Shown here: piece by piece, positions 13,980 through 26,046 of the stretch
Layout: the number at the start of each line of letters is the position of its first letter
Position numbering within the stretch: the first letter of the stretch is position 1
NCBI GenBank assembly: GCA_002633005.1
Contig: NMRA01000400.1
Coordinates: 355,421-419,420 of the forward strand
Origin: Phoronis australis
Taxonomy: Eukaryota; Animalia; Phoronida
Direction: 5' to 3'
DNA: 64,000 nt
Made by a program: the position numbers and the translations under genes
The notes under the pieces: model-generated
What the model was told of the DNA's origin: nothing
Database searches by the model: none
The model's input: the letters and a program-made list of their open reading frames with translations, nothing else

Positions 13980-15238
13980 GGAAGTCTTATTGGAGGACGC
14001 TTAAGTACGCGGGAACGAATAATCCGATGTACTGTTTGATCGAGTGGATCTTACCGACTGATTATCTGATGAGAAGCGACTGCTTTTCAGAGCATCAGCG
14101 TTTAATCGATAAAGGTACCAACCACGCCATCTATACGTGATCAGACGAGGCGCTCAGTACTTCTGTATTAAAAAGAGAGGCGAGGCCAAAATAACATAAT
14201 TCTTTTGATAACTGTTTATTGCATCTTAAGAATTATACAGGAAGTGATACAATTACTGCCCTCAAATCGAAAACATTTATGCAGGAACATATCAGAATTA
14301 CAAGTGACAATGTCTAAGGTATAACAACATAATACAAATGATAGAAAACGGTTTAGCTCCAAATACACAGACAAACAACTATAAACGTAAAAACACACAA
14401 ACGGTATATCAATGAGACTGTTAATTAAATAAAATTTAAGTTTGCTATTATAAATGAAACAACTAAAAATACTACATCAATCAGAAATCAGACTATATTT
14501 ATCATGCCAATTTTTACTTTCAACATAATCTGCTGAATGTATCTAATCTCAGCAACTTAATTAACCACAGTACATTTACGGTTGATGACCCTACAGACAA
14601 TTTTTAGGCTGATATATTCCGATTTGTTCCATATTTTAAACCAATTTAGCTTTTCTTTTAAAAATTCTTTTGAATTAAGGGTTCGAGACTTTATGAAGCG
14701 GTCGAACCGAAAATTATTTTTTCGCTTCGAAGACAAAAGCCTGGACAAAATCTTTTATGGTGCTCAGTCACCATGCTAACGATTATTCATGTCTACTTTC
14801 ATACTTAACGTGAGCTTGGTTCACCCTGTATTGCTGAGTATTTCCAAAGTACATTATAAGTTACTTACTGTGGCAAAAGGCTGTTGGGATCATTTTAGTT
14901 TGCGTATTAATTTGTACTGAGATCACTTTGATGGGTGTAAGCCTTGACTACAAGGAAAATTTTGAAACCCATGCGTTCAATATTTTTAAGAGATGCCATT
15001 TTTAGATTAATACTGAAACGTCGTTCTCAAACATGCATGTGTCATCGTTTTCTCGTTGGAAACGCTTTGGCCAAATTTCATGAACTTTCACCAAAGAAAT
15101 CTAGTTATAGAAACTGCCACCAAGGGGCCAGCAGTAGTCAAATTATCTAAAAATTGACGTTGACTAATTTGATGGCCATAGAAACATATTTGAAAAAAAT
15201 TAATTAAGCCCCTTTATAAAGTTGATAATATACAGCTG

Positions 15239-15523
15239 CATACTGCCCGTAGTCAGGCACCGAAAATTGCGCGATAGTATGTTTTTTCTATCGGCAGTTG
15301 CTTGAAAACAAAAAAAAACATATTTTATATTTCTTATTTTCTTAATCTGACATCAAACTGGTGAATAAGTCATTGGAAATCACTAGCAACTCGCGAACCG
15401 GCCTCCAGAGCACCTCAAAAATGGCTAAAAATCAAAGACACAAAATTGGGCATAGTGCCCGTAGTCAGGCACCGTAAATTGCTCGATGGAATGTCTTTTC
15501 TATCGGCTGTTGCTTGAAAAAAA
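15239..15523. repeat. Two diverged ~75-bp direct repeats about 210 bp apart
   Basis: cata(c/g)tgcccgtagtcaggcaccg...ttttctatcggc(a/t)gttgcttgaaaa at ~15239 and ~15451; probably internal to an old transposon. Confidence 0.65.
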
Positions 15524-17297
15524 AAGACTTTCTTCTGATATTGAAGTTCAATGTCCACATAAAAATTATAAATATTTTTTCTTTCCCTTTCTTTTAGATG
15601 GTTTTAAAACAACTTCACTAACTGAACCTTTTCGAACTGAAATGAGCTATTTTGGGCCGAAATATACATGATGCTTTAATTTAAAAATTCTGGCCCAAAA
15701 TTTCAAATAAGCATTTTAAACAAATCCCATCAAGATGTATGTACACACGATTTTTTCTAGATCTGAGTCGGTGACCCTATAGTCGACCTTGTGGTGCTCC
15801 CGTGGAATGACAGTTTTAAAATTACCCCATCAATGTGCCTCGCCTTTTAGCCTATTTTTCTTACAAGCGTACACTCAGGAGAATACCTTAGGTCTGCCAA
15901 CAGTTCTTAAGTTCATATTAGTGCTAAAAATATACCAGACTATAATAGTGTACACTTCTTGTTTAGAAGCAAACAGATGTCGTCAAATCGATTGTTTTTA
16001 CGGGAGTCTGTCGTTCTGTAAATGTTTTATTTAATTTAGACTAACGGCATTGCGACAAGAAAATAAAACCATCGAAACAAACATCAGATGAAAATATTCA
16101 CTTATCAGTTAAGGTCATGTGACAGCAAGACGAGACCGTGGGATATCGTAACGGGATTATCAGTTTCGAGCAGGAAGACTTATCTGTCGATCACAGTTTA
16201 CACACGCAGTTGATGTCTGTTTGCGTTCAATTGACTTCCCTAAACATGTTCAATCAACAGTAAGAACCACCCTTCAGGCGAGTCAATCAAGCTTCGTTAT
16301 TACGAGACATCTACCTGTTAATCCTGTTAAGTTCCTCCTACTAACGAGGTGTTTGTCGAAGGCAGTGGTGTTAAACAAAGTCAGATAAAATTCCTGTTGT
16401 GGACTGAAATTTGCTACCAGCATGTTATGCTGTCATTTAGTGTTTACAAATAGCTCAAGGTTTTGCGTATAAGTTCGTCTCGCTCTGAAGCCATTCATTA
16501 GAAATATCCTTTTAATGAAGGGGTCTAGATTTAATGCCATATATTTTGTACCCGTAAAATGCCCCGCCGCTTTCAAACTTTTGCCTGTGTCATTAAAAGA
16601 CTTGCGGGTACCTAAGGCTAGCAGGAAAGTGGGCCATCTTGTCACACCAAGTACACCGCCTTCAATATGGAGAACAAGCATGGGTATTGCAAATCTCTGG
16701 TAAATTCCCTCGGTGCAGCAATACGTTAGCACCATGTCTCGAAGGAAAGTGGAACAAAACTCCAAATCGCTTGATGTTATTTTGCAAAGTCTATTCCTTC
16801 AAATACGCAGTACTGGTCCGTAAACTCTGAAATATTTACATGGCGGTGTCAGGGGGAACACGCGACATTTTTCAGGTTAGGCAATACATGCACGCTACCG
16901 CGGAGAAGCTCCATTCTAGAATCCAGCCCCTTGATTTTTAAGAGTCAATATAACAAACAAACCGAACAAACCACTGCAAATATAACAGGGATTTTCATAT
17001 ATGGATAAAGCGATTAGGTTAACAACAACCACACCAGTCAGCCATTACATTATATTGACGCTTTTAACATGTGACCAAATGAACTCCACCTGTAGTACGA
17101 TTGGATTTAACGTAATTGAAAATTAAAGGAGATGACAGAGCCAACTAATTGACTGGTGAATTTAATTTGGTTTGGTCAAAAGTTGATTCCCGAATTGGAG
17201 ATGACAAGTACGTGTACCATTCTACCTCTGTAACAGTGGCGTTATTAGAATGATATGCTAACTAACTCCGTAGTCAATTATTTGAATAAATATCGAT

Positions 17298-18090
17298 ATT
17301 TTTTAATGTTTATTACGAAATCTTCAATACAATGAATATGTATTGCCCAGAAAGCGTCAAGAGGCATTGTATCTGGGTTAAATTAATACAATTATTATAC
17401 ACAAATGCATAAATTAAAAACTAGTGTTAAGATTACAATGACATGTAATTACTAAAATCACTAATGTAAATAAATCCCAATAAGTTATTTTACATGTATA
17501 CAATTCTATCCACTCACGTAAAGAGATTTAATATTAAAAAGAAATTTTGATGCAATTTCGAATAAACTTTATTTTCATTCGGGTTGAGTTCTTTACATCC
17601 ATGTTGAAAAAAAAATTGTTATACGTTTGAAGAATATCGGAATATTTTTTGTAAACATGGGGGTATTGTTCGAATTTTTGGAAAAGCTGTACCCTCTGCT
17701 CCTTGCATACATCACAAGCAAAGAAAACATGAGCAAATGTCTGAGTGTCTCCACAGGAACACAGAGGTGAAATAGTATTGAAACCATGTCTAAATTTCTC
17801 GTTGTTTAGGAATAGACCACATCTTGATCTGTATAGGAATATTTCTTGGTTGCAAGGAAGTTGGAATGATGTCAATGGGACTGGCATGTCTTGAGCTGTG
17901 GTATGCAGTTTAAAATTATTTTTGAGAGTAACGATTGAAGTGCTTTCTTTTATTTTCGATTATAAGGAATTCCAGTTGTTAATACAAGTTAACATCGTAG
18001 ATCTCTTGAAGGCTTGGCTGAAGGAAGATGGTGTAGTGTATATTTTACTTTGACGTAGTCCCGGTCTTGTGTTAAGTCTTTTGTAAGAGT
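17298..18090 (-). mobile_element. 5'-truncated CR1/L2-like LINE 3' fragment
   Basis: ORF 17534-17887 has the LINE ORF2 C-terminal motif SPLCSCG..QTFAHVFFAC, preceded by a ...NNWNSL-like segment. On the minus strand an AATAAA and A-rich tail lie near 17298-17313. Confidence 0.7.
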
Positions 18091-18170
18091 CAAATTAATA
18101 AATATCGACATGATAGTACCAATGAGCGTTTTCCGATTACCAAGTAACATACGTTCAGTTTTCGCAGTGT

Positions 18171-20126
18171 TTAATGGAGTCCAAAATCCGCGTACTTGAA
18201 CTCTTTCACGTTACCTGTTTTTTCTTCCAACACGGCGACTTCTCCAGGACCACAAATACCAAGACCAGTAGGACGGTTGACGTTATCACTTACAATGACA
18301 CGCGCGCACTCTAACTGGCCTGACATGATCACAATGATGTTTGCATGTGCTTTATCACGGACAGCAACAAGAATATTTCCCCATTCGTCTATACAAATAC
18401 CGTAAGGACGCCCGCCTAGTTTGTCACTGGTGTTTGTTATGGTTGGCTCTTCGCAGTCAATCTTATGTACACGATTTTCGAAGTGATCGCCAACTACCAG
18501 ATGTCCCTCATTGTCAATGGATATGTAACGGGGTTTGAATACGCGCATTTTAAGTTCCTCTTTACCGATTACCTTTGTTACGTTGCATTCAAAATCAAGA
18601 ATAAGCACCCGGCTACCTTCAGGATCTGTCACAACAAGCATATCGTCACGACATGCCATAAAACTCCAATCTTCACTGTAAATATCTTCTTTACTCTTTT
18701 TTTGGAGCTGACCTTTGGCGTTGTACTTCAACACACCGTGAATACTGTCATCCGTAACGAATATTTCACCTTTCTCATTACACTTTACACCTGTTGGAAA
18801 AGCAAGAGAGTGCTCAGATTGACTCACTTGAAAGTCGAAATCCCCCGTAGATCTGCAGAATGCTTTCACCTTTGTTTTACTGGTAGTGATGAACCATTTG
18901 CCATAAATAGCCAGTCCACAACAATGGCTAGGCTCCTTTTCTCCTTCGATGAGCGTTTCGAAGCAACGCGTTTGGGAAGCTGTTTCTCTCATTACTGGAA
19001 CTCGACTTTGCTTCACATACGATGAGAAACTCTGCAGTTTCTCAAATTTGGCCATCACATCCATCGATAAACTGGGCATTTCCAAGTTTTCAGGGTGGAA
19101 TTTGAATACAGGCGTGATCACCTCACCATCACCTACTTGATTACTCAGCTCCTCGAGACGAGATTTAATATCTTGAAACTGTAACACTTTTTCCATATCT
19201 TGAGCCGAATCAAGAAGATTTTGGATATATCTTAAACTGACTTTGTATGCAGTCTCTGTATGTTTCGCTTCTTCATATGCTGTTTTAGCTTTCTCTCGGG
19301 CAATGTTGACTTTTTCCTGTAAGCTCTTTCTCGCTTGTCTCGCCTTATCATAAATTTCCTTCCTTATTTTGTTTTCAAAATCGGTGAACTTCTGTTGCAT
19401 ATCGGAGTCAAGTTGATCTTCCTGTTCGTCAAGACTGTCCAAGACCTTTTTTCGCTCATCTGACAGCTTTTCAGAATCTTCCGTTATTAGCTTTAGTGGT
19501 TCCAATAATATTCTCATGACGACAGCAGCCTTTGCTGCAGCCTTTTCTATGGTGCTCTTTGTGTGCTGCTCGTGGTTAGCCTTTGGACATAAAGGGCACT
19601 GCGGTCTGTTACAGTCTTCACAGGCAACTTCAATCTCTTCTTCCGGATGATCAGGACAGTAAACCTTTCGAATTCGACAGATTGCATCGATGTGTCTACT
19701 GACATCTTCCAAACTGATTACTTTGTGATTGAATGATGAACTAGTGAAGCGATGGCTCTTAGCGCATTCCAGACAGAGATACTCACGACAGTCAACACAC
19801 ACGGAAGACCCATAAATTTCAATGCCCTGAAGTTTGCAAATTTCACATTTCACATCTGATGAGTCATCAGGGTATATGTTACTAATCATTTCGAGGAACG
19901 TGTTGTGTTTGATACTTGCCACGCCATCTTGCGGTACCAAGAAATGAAAGTCGCAAATTGGACATCGAGCAGAGCCATCCTGCTGATTCGCATTCATATG
20001 TCGCCCAAGGCATCTTCCACAGAACGAGTGCAGGCATTTCAACATTCGTGGATTTTTGAGGCGCTGCTTGCAAATGGGACATTCATGGATTTGATATGAA
20101 ATTTCTGAGTCTTTGCTATGTGCCAT
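18171..20126 (-). CDS. TRIM-NHL family E3 ubiquitin ligase-like protein (RING, B-box1, B-box2, coiled coil, NHL repeats), intronless 651-aa ORF
   Basis: RING CPIC..CLHSFCGRC..CPIC; B-box CEIC..CVDC....CLEC...H..H; B-box2 CPDH..CEDC....CPLC...H..H; helical K/E-rich region; NHL-type motifs FPTGVKCNEKGEIFVTD, KPRYISIDNEGHLVVGD, RPYGICIDEWGNILVA. A splice acceptor (ttgttacag) lies a few nt before the ATG. Confidence 0.92.
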   Translation of the reverse strand: MAHSKDSEISYQIHECPICKQRLKNPRMLKCLHSFCGRCLGRHMNANQQDGSARCPICDFHFLVPQDGVASIKHNTFLEMISNIYPDDSSDVKCEICKLQGIEIYGSSVCVDCREYLCLECAKSHRFTSSSFNHKVISLEDVSRHIDAICRIRKVYCPDHPEEEIEVACEDCNRPQCPLCPKANHEQHTKSTIEKAAAKAAVVMRILLEPLKLITEDSEKLSDERKKVLDSLDEQEDQLDSDMQQKFTDFENKIRKEIYDKARQARKSLQEKVNIAREKAKTAYEEAKHTETAYKVSLRYIQNLLDSAQDMEKVLQFQDIKSRLEELSNQVGDGEVITPVFKFHPENLEMPSLSMDVMAKFEKLQSFSSYVKQSRVPVMRETASQTRCFETLIEGEKEPSHCCGLAIYGKWFITTSKTKVKAFCRSTGDFDFQVSQSEHSLAFPTGVKCNEKGEIFVTDDSIHGVLKYNAKGQLQKKSKEDIYSEDWSFMACRDDMLVVTDPEGSRVLILDFECNVTKVIGKEELKMRVFKPRYISIDNEGHLVVGDHFENRVHKIDCEEPTITNTSDKLGGRPYGICIDEWGNILVAVRDKAHANIIVIMSGQLECARVIVSDNVNRPTGLGICGPGEVAVLEEKTGNVKEFKYADFGLH

Positions 20127-20562
20127 ATGTTCTGTAACAATAACGCATCCTCATCAAAAATGAGCATATCCGAATCATTTATTGACATTGGTGTGTTAAC
20201 CGCACAGAAATCTAAACCGGCCCCATCCTGGTCATAAACGAAAATGGCGCACCTAGGGATGCGGTGTATAGATTATTTCAAATTAACTAACTTGTAATCG
20301 AGAAATGACATGAAAAAAGGATTTTTTCCATTAGGTCATAAAACTAGCACCAAGTATCAAATCTATGCGCAAACAACTTGTGTCTACTGGGAATGTGGTC
20401 GTACGAGAGTTTATCGTTTCATGTCCGCATCCTATTTATGGATAGTCGAATATTCTGATAGTGTCCTATAAGAAACTTTTGGCGCTGACACTGATTTAAT
20501 TCGTTGAATTTAATGCGTAGTATGTATATTATTTACGTACTAACCAAAATAAAACTTCAGAT

Positions 20563-20969
20563 CAGGCCCTGGTCTCCAATCTTTTTACTCGAAATGGAAT
20601 TCGAAATTAAGTTTGGCATTTTCTACTCTACTTTTGGGCGAACTCAAGATAAGTGTCTATTATTCTATGCTTGAGTACACAATAACTTACGTAGATAATT
20701 TATTGCCCTTAGTTCACAGTTTGTAAACCCAATATTAAAGCAATAAGTTCGAGTTTGAACTCGAAATTTCGAGTTTTTACTCGAGTTTGTAGCACGAATA
20801 TAACGGTCTTCAAGGGCAAACTTGAACTAGAAACTCCTATGCATAAACTCTAATTTATTCGAGCACAGTCTGATAACCGATTATCTTAAGTTCGTACAAA
20901 AGGAGCAGAGAAATTGCCAAAAATAGTTTCGAGTTCGTTTCGAGTACAAAGATTAGAGACCGGGCCCAG
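20563..20969. mobile_element. PIF/Harbinger-like MITE with ~30-bp TIRs flanked by CAG
   Basis: caggccctggtctccaatctttttactcgaaa ... tttcgagtacaaagattagagaccgggcccag; internal ctcga repeats; a related degraded copy is near 50930-51200. Confidence 0.7.
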
Positions 20970-21473
20970 GTCTACGAAGAACGAACGAGAAACAGTGCCT
21001 GACGGGGAAAACAGTGTGTAGCTGATTTCAAGATCAGCCGAATAGACGTCTGAATGAACAACCATACATGTAATGTGAAGGAACTTGACCCTCATGACGT
21101 TTCACAAATATTGTTTGTTTTCTTTACAATTACCAAATGTTAATTAGCAATCAAACATGTGGGTTACTGCACATGCGCACGGGACATCGGGCAAACGTGT
21201 CGTGCGCAGTTCAATATAAGAATTGCATTATTCAAAATGGTTCTCTGCCTGTGCAATAGAAATAAAACTGTCTCCCACATAGCCACGATATACTCGGGCA
21301 CAGAATAATTATACAGTTAGACGAACTTACCTTAAGTGAAGGATGACTGTAATTTTATGTATCCCCAGAATTCCCCCAGAGTGCTAACATGAGATACGGA
21401 CATGCGCAAAGCGAACCATTCTTTAAAGCTCTTCTGTGATCAAGAGAGTGCTAACAGGGTGGGATGTGGAGGG

Positions 21474-21596
21474 CATGTTAGCACTCTGGGGGAATTCTGG
21501 GGATACATAAAATTACAGTCATCCTTCACTTAAGGTAAGTTCGTCTAACTGTATAATTTTATTCCTCCCAGAATTCCCCCGAGTACTACCATGAGA
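21474..21596. repeat. DIRS internal complementary region (ICR)
   Basis: 21474-21558 is the exact reverse complement of 21307-21391 (85 bp). 21556-21596 is the exact reverse complement of 26578-26618 (41 bp). Confidence 0.95.
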
Positions 21597-21678
21597 CTTG
21601 AAAGTTGATCACAGAAAGTGGACAGCAAACAACACCAAATGTTTCAAGTAATTTGTATTGGTAGATCAACGTATACAA

Positions 21679-22588
21679 TTATTGCAATACAAAGTCTGCC
21701 AAGGTTTTAGATTCTCTGTTGATAGGTCTCTTGTAATATTTGCTAAATGTCGAAGGCCGTGACCAACCACCTGCCTTCATAATCTCCTCAACAGTGGCTC
21801 CAGACACACTAGCTTGTTAACAGAAGCTGATCTAACACTACCGGGTTTATATACATTGACATTTATACCAGCCTCCGATAAGACGTTTCGGATCCATCGC
21901 CGTACAGTTACCAGTATCACCTGTGGCTGCTTTATACGGTCTAGTAACGGTAAGAAATAGTGCTTTACATGACCCCCGATAGTCTAGAGTACGTTTTAAG
22001 TACAGTCAAATAACGATAAATGCACAACCGCTTATCTGACGGAAAAACTTCAGGTGTAACAGTTCAGGTTTATAATTAAGACGGCCTTGTTTAAGATCCT
22101 TGCTTGCAATGGTAAAGGTAAATTTAGAGGCTAAAATGTTCATGGAATCTACGTTAAGGGCAGAGATGATCTGCGGACGTTGTCCAGTGAGAATCAGTAT
22201 AAGCATAACAGTCTTCATAGTTAATTTCGCTATTGGTAACAACTTAGCCGGACCCCATGACTTTAGGAAATCTAACACTACATTCACGTCCCAGGTAGCA
22301 ACATAACGAGGCCTAGGGGGTTCATATTTGCAACACCCTTCATAAAACGTACATCTGGATTAGAACCAAAGGTCTCAATGCCTGGTAAAATCTTAACAGA
22401 AGAAAGTGCAGAGCGGGCAGTATTAGGACACTGTAGTCCTTATTATGGTTGACAAGTGTTTGGAGAAAAGAAAGTCCCTCTCCTACAGGTACAAACACTG
22501 GAGCAATGTTCCTCTGACTACAATAGAGAATCCACTGTTTGATGTAGCAGCTGTAGAGGTCTGAAGAGGACTTTCGTCGGGACGCCAT
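21679..22588 (-). pseudogene. DIRS tyrosine recombinase (YR), frameshifted
   Basis: Across frames: ASRRKSSSDLY..YIKQW (N-terminal domain), W.VNVVLDFLK, LTMKTVMLILILTGQRPQ, DLKQGR, KPGSVRSA, GGWSRPSTFSKYYKRP, with a stop at 21679-21681. Confidence 0.88.
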
Positions 22589-22599
22589 GATGGTGGTGA

Positions 22600-24640
22600 T
22601 GACAGATGGGCTGTATCTTTTTGTCTGTAGAGCCTGCCTGACAAGTGCGTCACCATCAGGTAGAGTTTGTCCATGGGCCGGGCCTGAGGTCTAGAAGGTA
22701 AAACCAAAGTATGATTTGTAGCTGGAACGATAAACGGTGTCCCTATGACCATGGGAGTCATCATAGTAAACCAGGGCTTTGTTGGCCAGAAGGGCACAAT
22801 GATAATACCATCAGCCTCGTCCATAATCCTTTTTGGAATGACTGTATTCAAAAATCGCGAATGGTGGAAAAGCATAAATCAATTTGTAATTCCCCCAATG
22901 ACACATATAGCTATCCACCAATGCAGCTTCTGGGTCTGGTTGCCAAGAGCAAAAGGGTTTCACCTTATAATTAAGTCTTGATGCGAACAAATCAATGGAA
23001 GGGGTCCCAAATTTGAGCAAATTATCCGAAAAACATGTGGAAGTAATGTCCACTCGGTTCCATGTTTGATAACCCGGGATGCTGTGTCTGCAGCGACATT
23101 TTGTTTACCAGGGCAAAAGCCAGCTGACAACCAAATGTTTCTCTCGAGTAACCAGAGCCAGATTTTCGGGTAACCTTGTTACAGCGATATGAGTGTACAG
23201 AGCCCCAATGACGTATACACTGCGTTGTTGTTGTGTTGTCAGTCATGACCCGTAAATGAGTATTTCTCATGTCCGCAAATACAGATTGTAAGGAATAATA
23301 AACTGCAGTGAGTTCAAGCTCATTAATATGCCAAGTAATTGCAGTGTAATCCCAACGCCCACCAAACGTATTATTCCGAGAAGGAATATTGCAACCCCAT
23401 CCCTGTAAACTAGCATCGGTGTAGAACACACAGTCAGGGTCACCGAGGTACACTGAAGCAAAGCAGTGAGCAACATTAGTGGTCCACCAAGATAGATCTT
23501 GATAAGCAAGTTGACTAAGGGACATGACACTCTCAAAGTTACGACCGGATTGCTGCAGAGCAACATTCTTGTCGATTTCCAGCTGCTTTGTAAACAGTTG
23601 TGCATAGCGATTGCCAGGTTGGGTTGCCAGTAATGTACCCACTAACTTTGCAACATCCCCTATAGAGATACAATCCATACATAAAAAATTCATTAAGCAG
23701 AGAGATAAGCTTCTCTGCTTTGGAGGGCGGTAAAGTGGCGGTCATTGTTCTCGAGTTAATATGGAACCCTAAAAAGTCTATTTCGTGAGAAGGTCTCAAA
23801 ACGCTCTTAGTTTTACTGACTGTGAAACCAAGATCTTGTAGTAATGTTGCTGTCAGTACCCCATCATTTTCACACTTGCCAGGGTCAGAATTCACAATTA
23901 AGGTGTCATCTATGTAGGCCGTTATAGTGACATCATGAACGCGGCGAAGTTCCGCCAGGGGCATCTTAAGCAACTTAGTGAAGATACGCGGTCCTGAACT
24001 TAAACCATTCGGCAAAGCCGTAAATTGGTAAAGCGCGTCATCATGCCTGAATCGCAAGTATTTCCGGTGATGCCAGCCTCCCGTTCAGTAACGTTAGGAC
24101 CTCGCTAAAAAGCAAGACTTCGCGAGATTACGTGAGATATTGCCGTGTATTTTAAAAATGAGAACACATGACTTTGACTAGATTTTTGCCTAGGTCCTAG
24201 CGTCTACTGAACGCACGCCTGGCTATTGGGATGCTATAATAAGCGTCAGACAAATCTAAGCTGAGAAAGTAACAATCCCGCGTCACTAAGCGAAGTGCCG
24301 ATTCAAAGGTATCCATTTTGAAATGATGATAAGCAACATAAGAGTTTAAGGTCTTCAAATTAAGGATAAACCGAAACTCATTTGCAACTTTCTTAGGTCG
24401 AAGAAAAACGGGAGACACAAATTGTCCAGGAGAGTGAGGACAGCGTCCAATGACTTGTTTAGCCAGCATGGATTGAATTTCCCTACGCAGGAATTGTTGC
24501 TCAAGGGCGAAAATTTTTGCATTGGTACCTGGTTTTGTTTGAGTAGGAAGCAGGCCAAATTCAATTTCATAGCCGGTGACAATGGCTAGTATGCGGGGAT
24601 CCTTAGTAATCTGACGCCACTTAGGGACACACCTCTGGCC
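22600..24640 (-). pseudogene. DIRS pol: reverse transcriptase + RNase H + N6-adenine methyltransferase-like domain, frameshifted and interrupted by a MITE
   Basis: W..IT.DP.IL..V.GY.IEF; FRFILNLKTLN; HFKMD; SLDLSDAYYSIP; LPNGLSSGPRIFTK; AYIDD; RNase H YTDASLQGWG..HINELE..DNTT; MT-like IDLFASRLN..W..IYAFPPF..PFWPTKPWF. Confidence 0.92.
24073..24222. mobile_element. ~150-bp MITE inserted in the DIRS RT
   Basis: Splits the RT motif YYSIPIA / HHRKYLRF. It is homologous, in inverted orientation, to 4028-4179. Confidence 0.85.
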
Positions 24641-25403
24641 AAGGAGGTCTCCGAGGTCAGAGAGGACCAAGGATATTTTACTTACGGAAGATGAGTCTAT
24701 TTCCGATTGGCAGTCGGTCTGGTGGCTGTTGCTGGCTTCCCATTTGGCGGACCAATCCGAGGAACAAGCGTCGCCAGTATCGGACGCTGTTGCGTCCCTT
24801 GTCAACTCCCTATGGGAGCGGGGTAAGGCTTTCGATATAAAGCAGGCACATGATAACCATCCCCGGTCCGACAACATTACAGTCCACAAGACGGACTTGA
24901 ATGAGGAAATTGCGGACGTGGTGCAGAACCACAAAACTGTGAAATTCAAAGAGGGCCAGTTGAAGTCTGCACAGTCGGCAATAGCCAGGGCGGCCATTCC
25001 CTTGAGTAAATTGGTTGACACCCTTATCACCACAGCTCCCAAACATCTAAACGCCAAGGACTTGGTGGACAACACTGTAGACGCGCTAGGTCTCCTGGGG
25101 TATGCTAACGCAAAGATCAACTCCACTAGACGGACATTATCAAGCCCCATCTCAACTCAAAGTACCATTCGGCACTCAACATGGCCAGTACCTCAGACAA
25201 GCTCCTGTTTGGAGACCAGTTGGGAGAGAAGTGCAAGCAGGCCCTAATCTCGCCCGGACTCCCATGACTGCGAGACACTCGACACGCCGGCCGTCGCCCT
25301 ACCCTGCCTCCTACAGACGGGCCTATCAGCGCCAGCCGCAACACGGTTATCGCCCTTTTCTAGGTAAGCATTCCTTTATACTGTCGAATGCACCAAATTT
25401 TAT
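24641..25403 (+). pseudogene. Inverted segment of DIRS gag (C-terminal half plus the start of the gag/pol overlap)
   Basis: Plus-strand ORF 24729-25247 has the DIRS gag pattern (LNEEI..., LKSAQSAI..., DALGLLGYANAKINSTRR) and continues to an R/Q/Y-rich tail ending RPFLG. All other DIRS ORFs are on the minus strand. Breakpoints are approximate. Confidence 0.75.
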
Positions 25404-26046
25404 GCGGCTGCAGCTCGTAGTGGACATGTTTGTCAATCTGCTACTAATACTCTTGCATTGTCTCTTGACAGGCCAACAGTACTCTCACAAACGGCAGAGG
25501 CGCTCCAGAAAGTGGCAGGTCCGGCGAGGCGGAAGCTGTCTCGTCTTCAGAATCGGAGGGAACGAAGTCTGATACGCTATGAACAGGCGATAACAGCGAT
25601 ATGCCCAAGGCTGCAACAGCAAATGCCGAAAGACCCGAGGGTGGAAACTGATTGGTGGAAACGAACCACCTCCGCACGTGACCTCACAAGTGCGCCGGGA
25701 TTGGCTGTAAAAACCTGCGCTGCATAATGTGAATGACAGACGCGTTCCCAGGGATTAGAGCGGGCAGCGAGTGCAACTCGAAAAAACCCGGGTGTAACCG
25801 GAAAGCGATGGCAACCGACGAACAAAAGAGTGTCAGGATCGCTGGCGTCGACAGTGCCGAGCACAAAGAGGACACATTCGGTGCAAAGGTCAAAGGCGTG
25901 TACAAAGTGGTAAACAATGTACAGCTGTGCGTGGGTATGACGTAACGTGTCAGTGAGGCACACAAAGAAATACTTGACTGATGAGTCATGCGAGCACCAT
26001 GTGCGCTGTGCCGAAGGCCCAAATGTGAGTGTTAAATACGCAAAGA

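Noticed and set aside
13591-14004. 137-aa plus-strand ORF, and similar plus-strand ORFs at 18196-19140
   Set aside because: Antisense shadows of the real minus-strand coding sequences.
14064-14090. ctgatga followed by a hairpin, as a possible hammerhead ribozyme (similar motif at 25978)
   Set aside because: The required GAAA core after stem II and stems I/III are absent.
16433-16830. Cluster of short overlapping ORFs
   Set aside because: No recognisable motif or supported splice structure.
25363-25471. Apparent GTAAGC...CTAAT...TTGACAG intron in plus-strand gag
   Set aside because: It spans the inferred inversion breakpoint (~25403). The acceptor side is better explained as antisense of the N-terminal gag, so it is probably coincidental.
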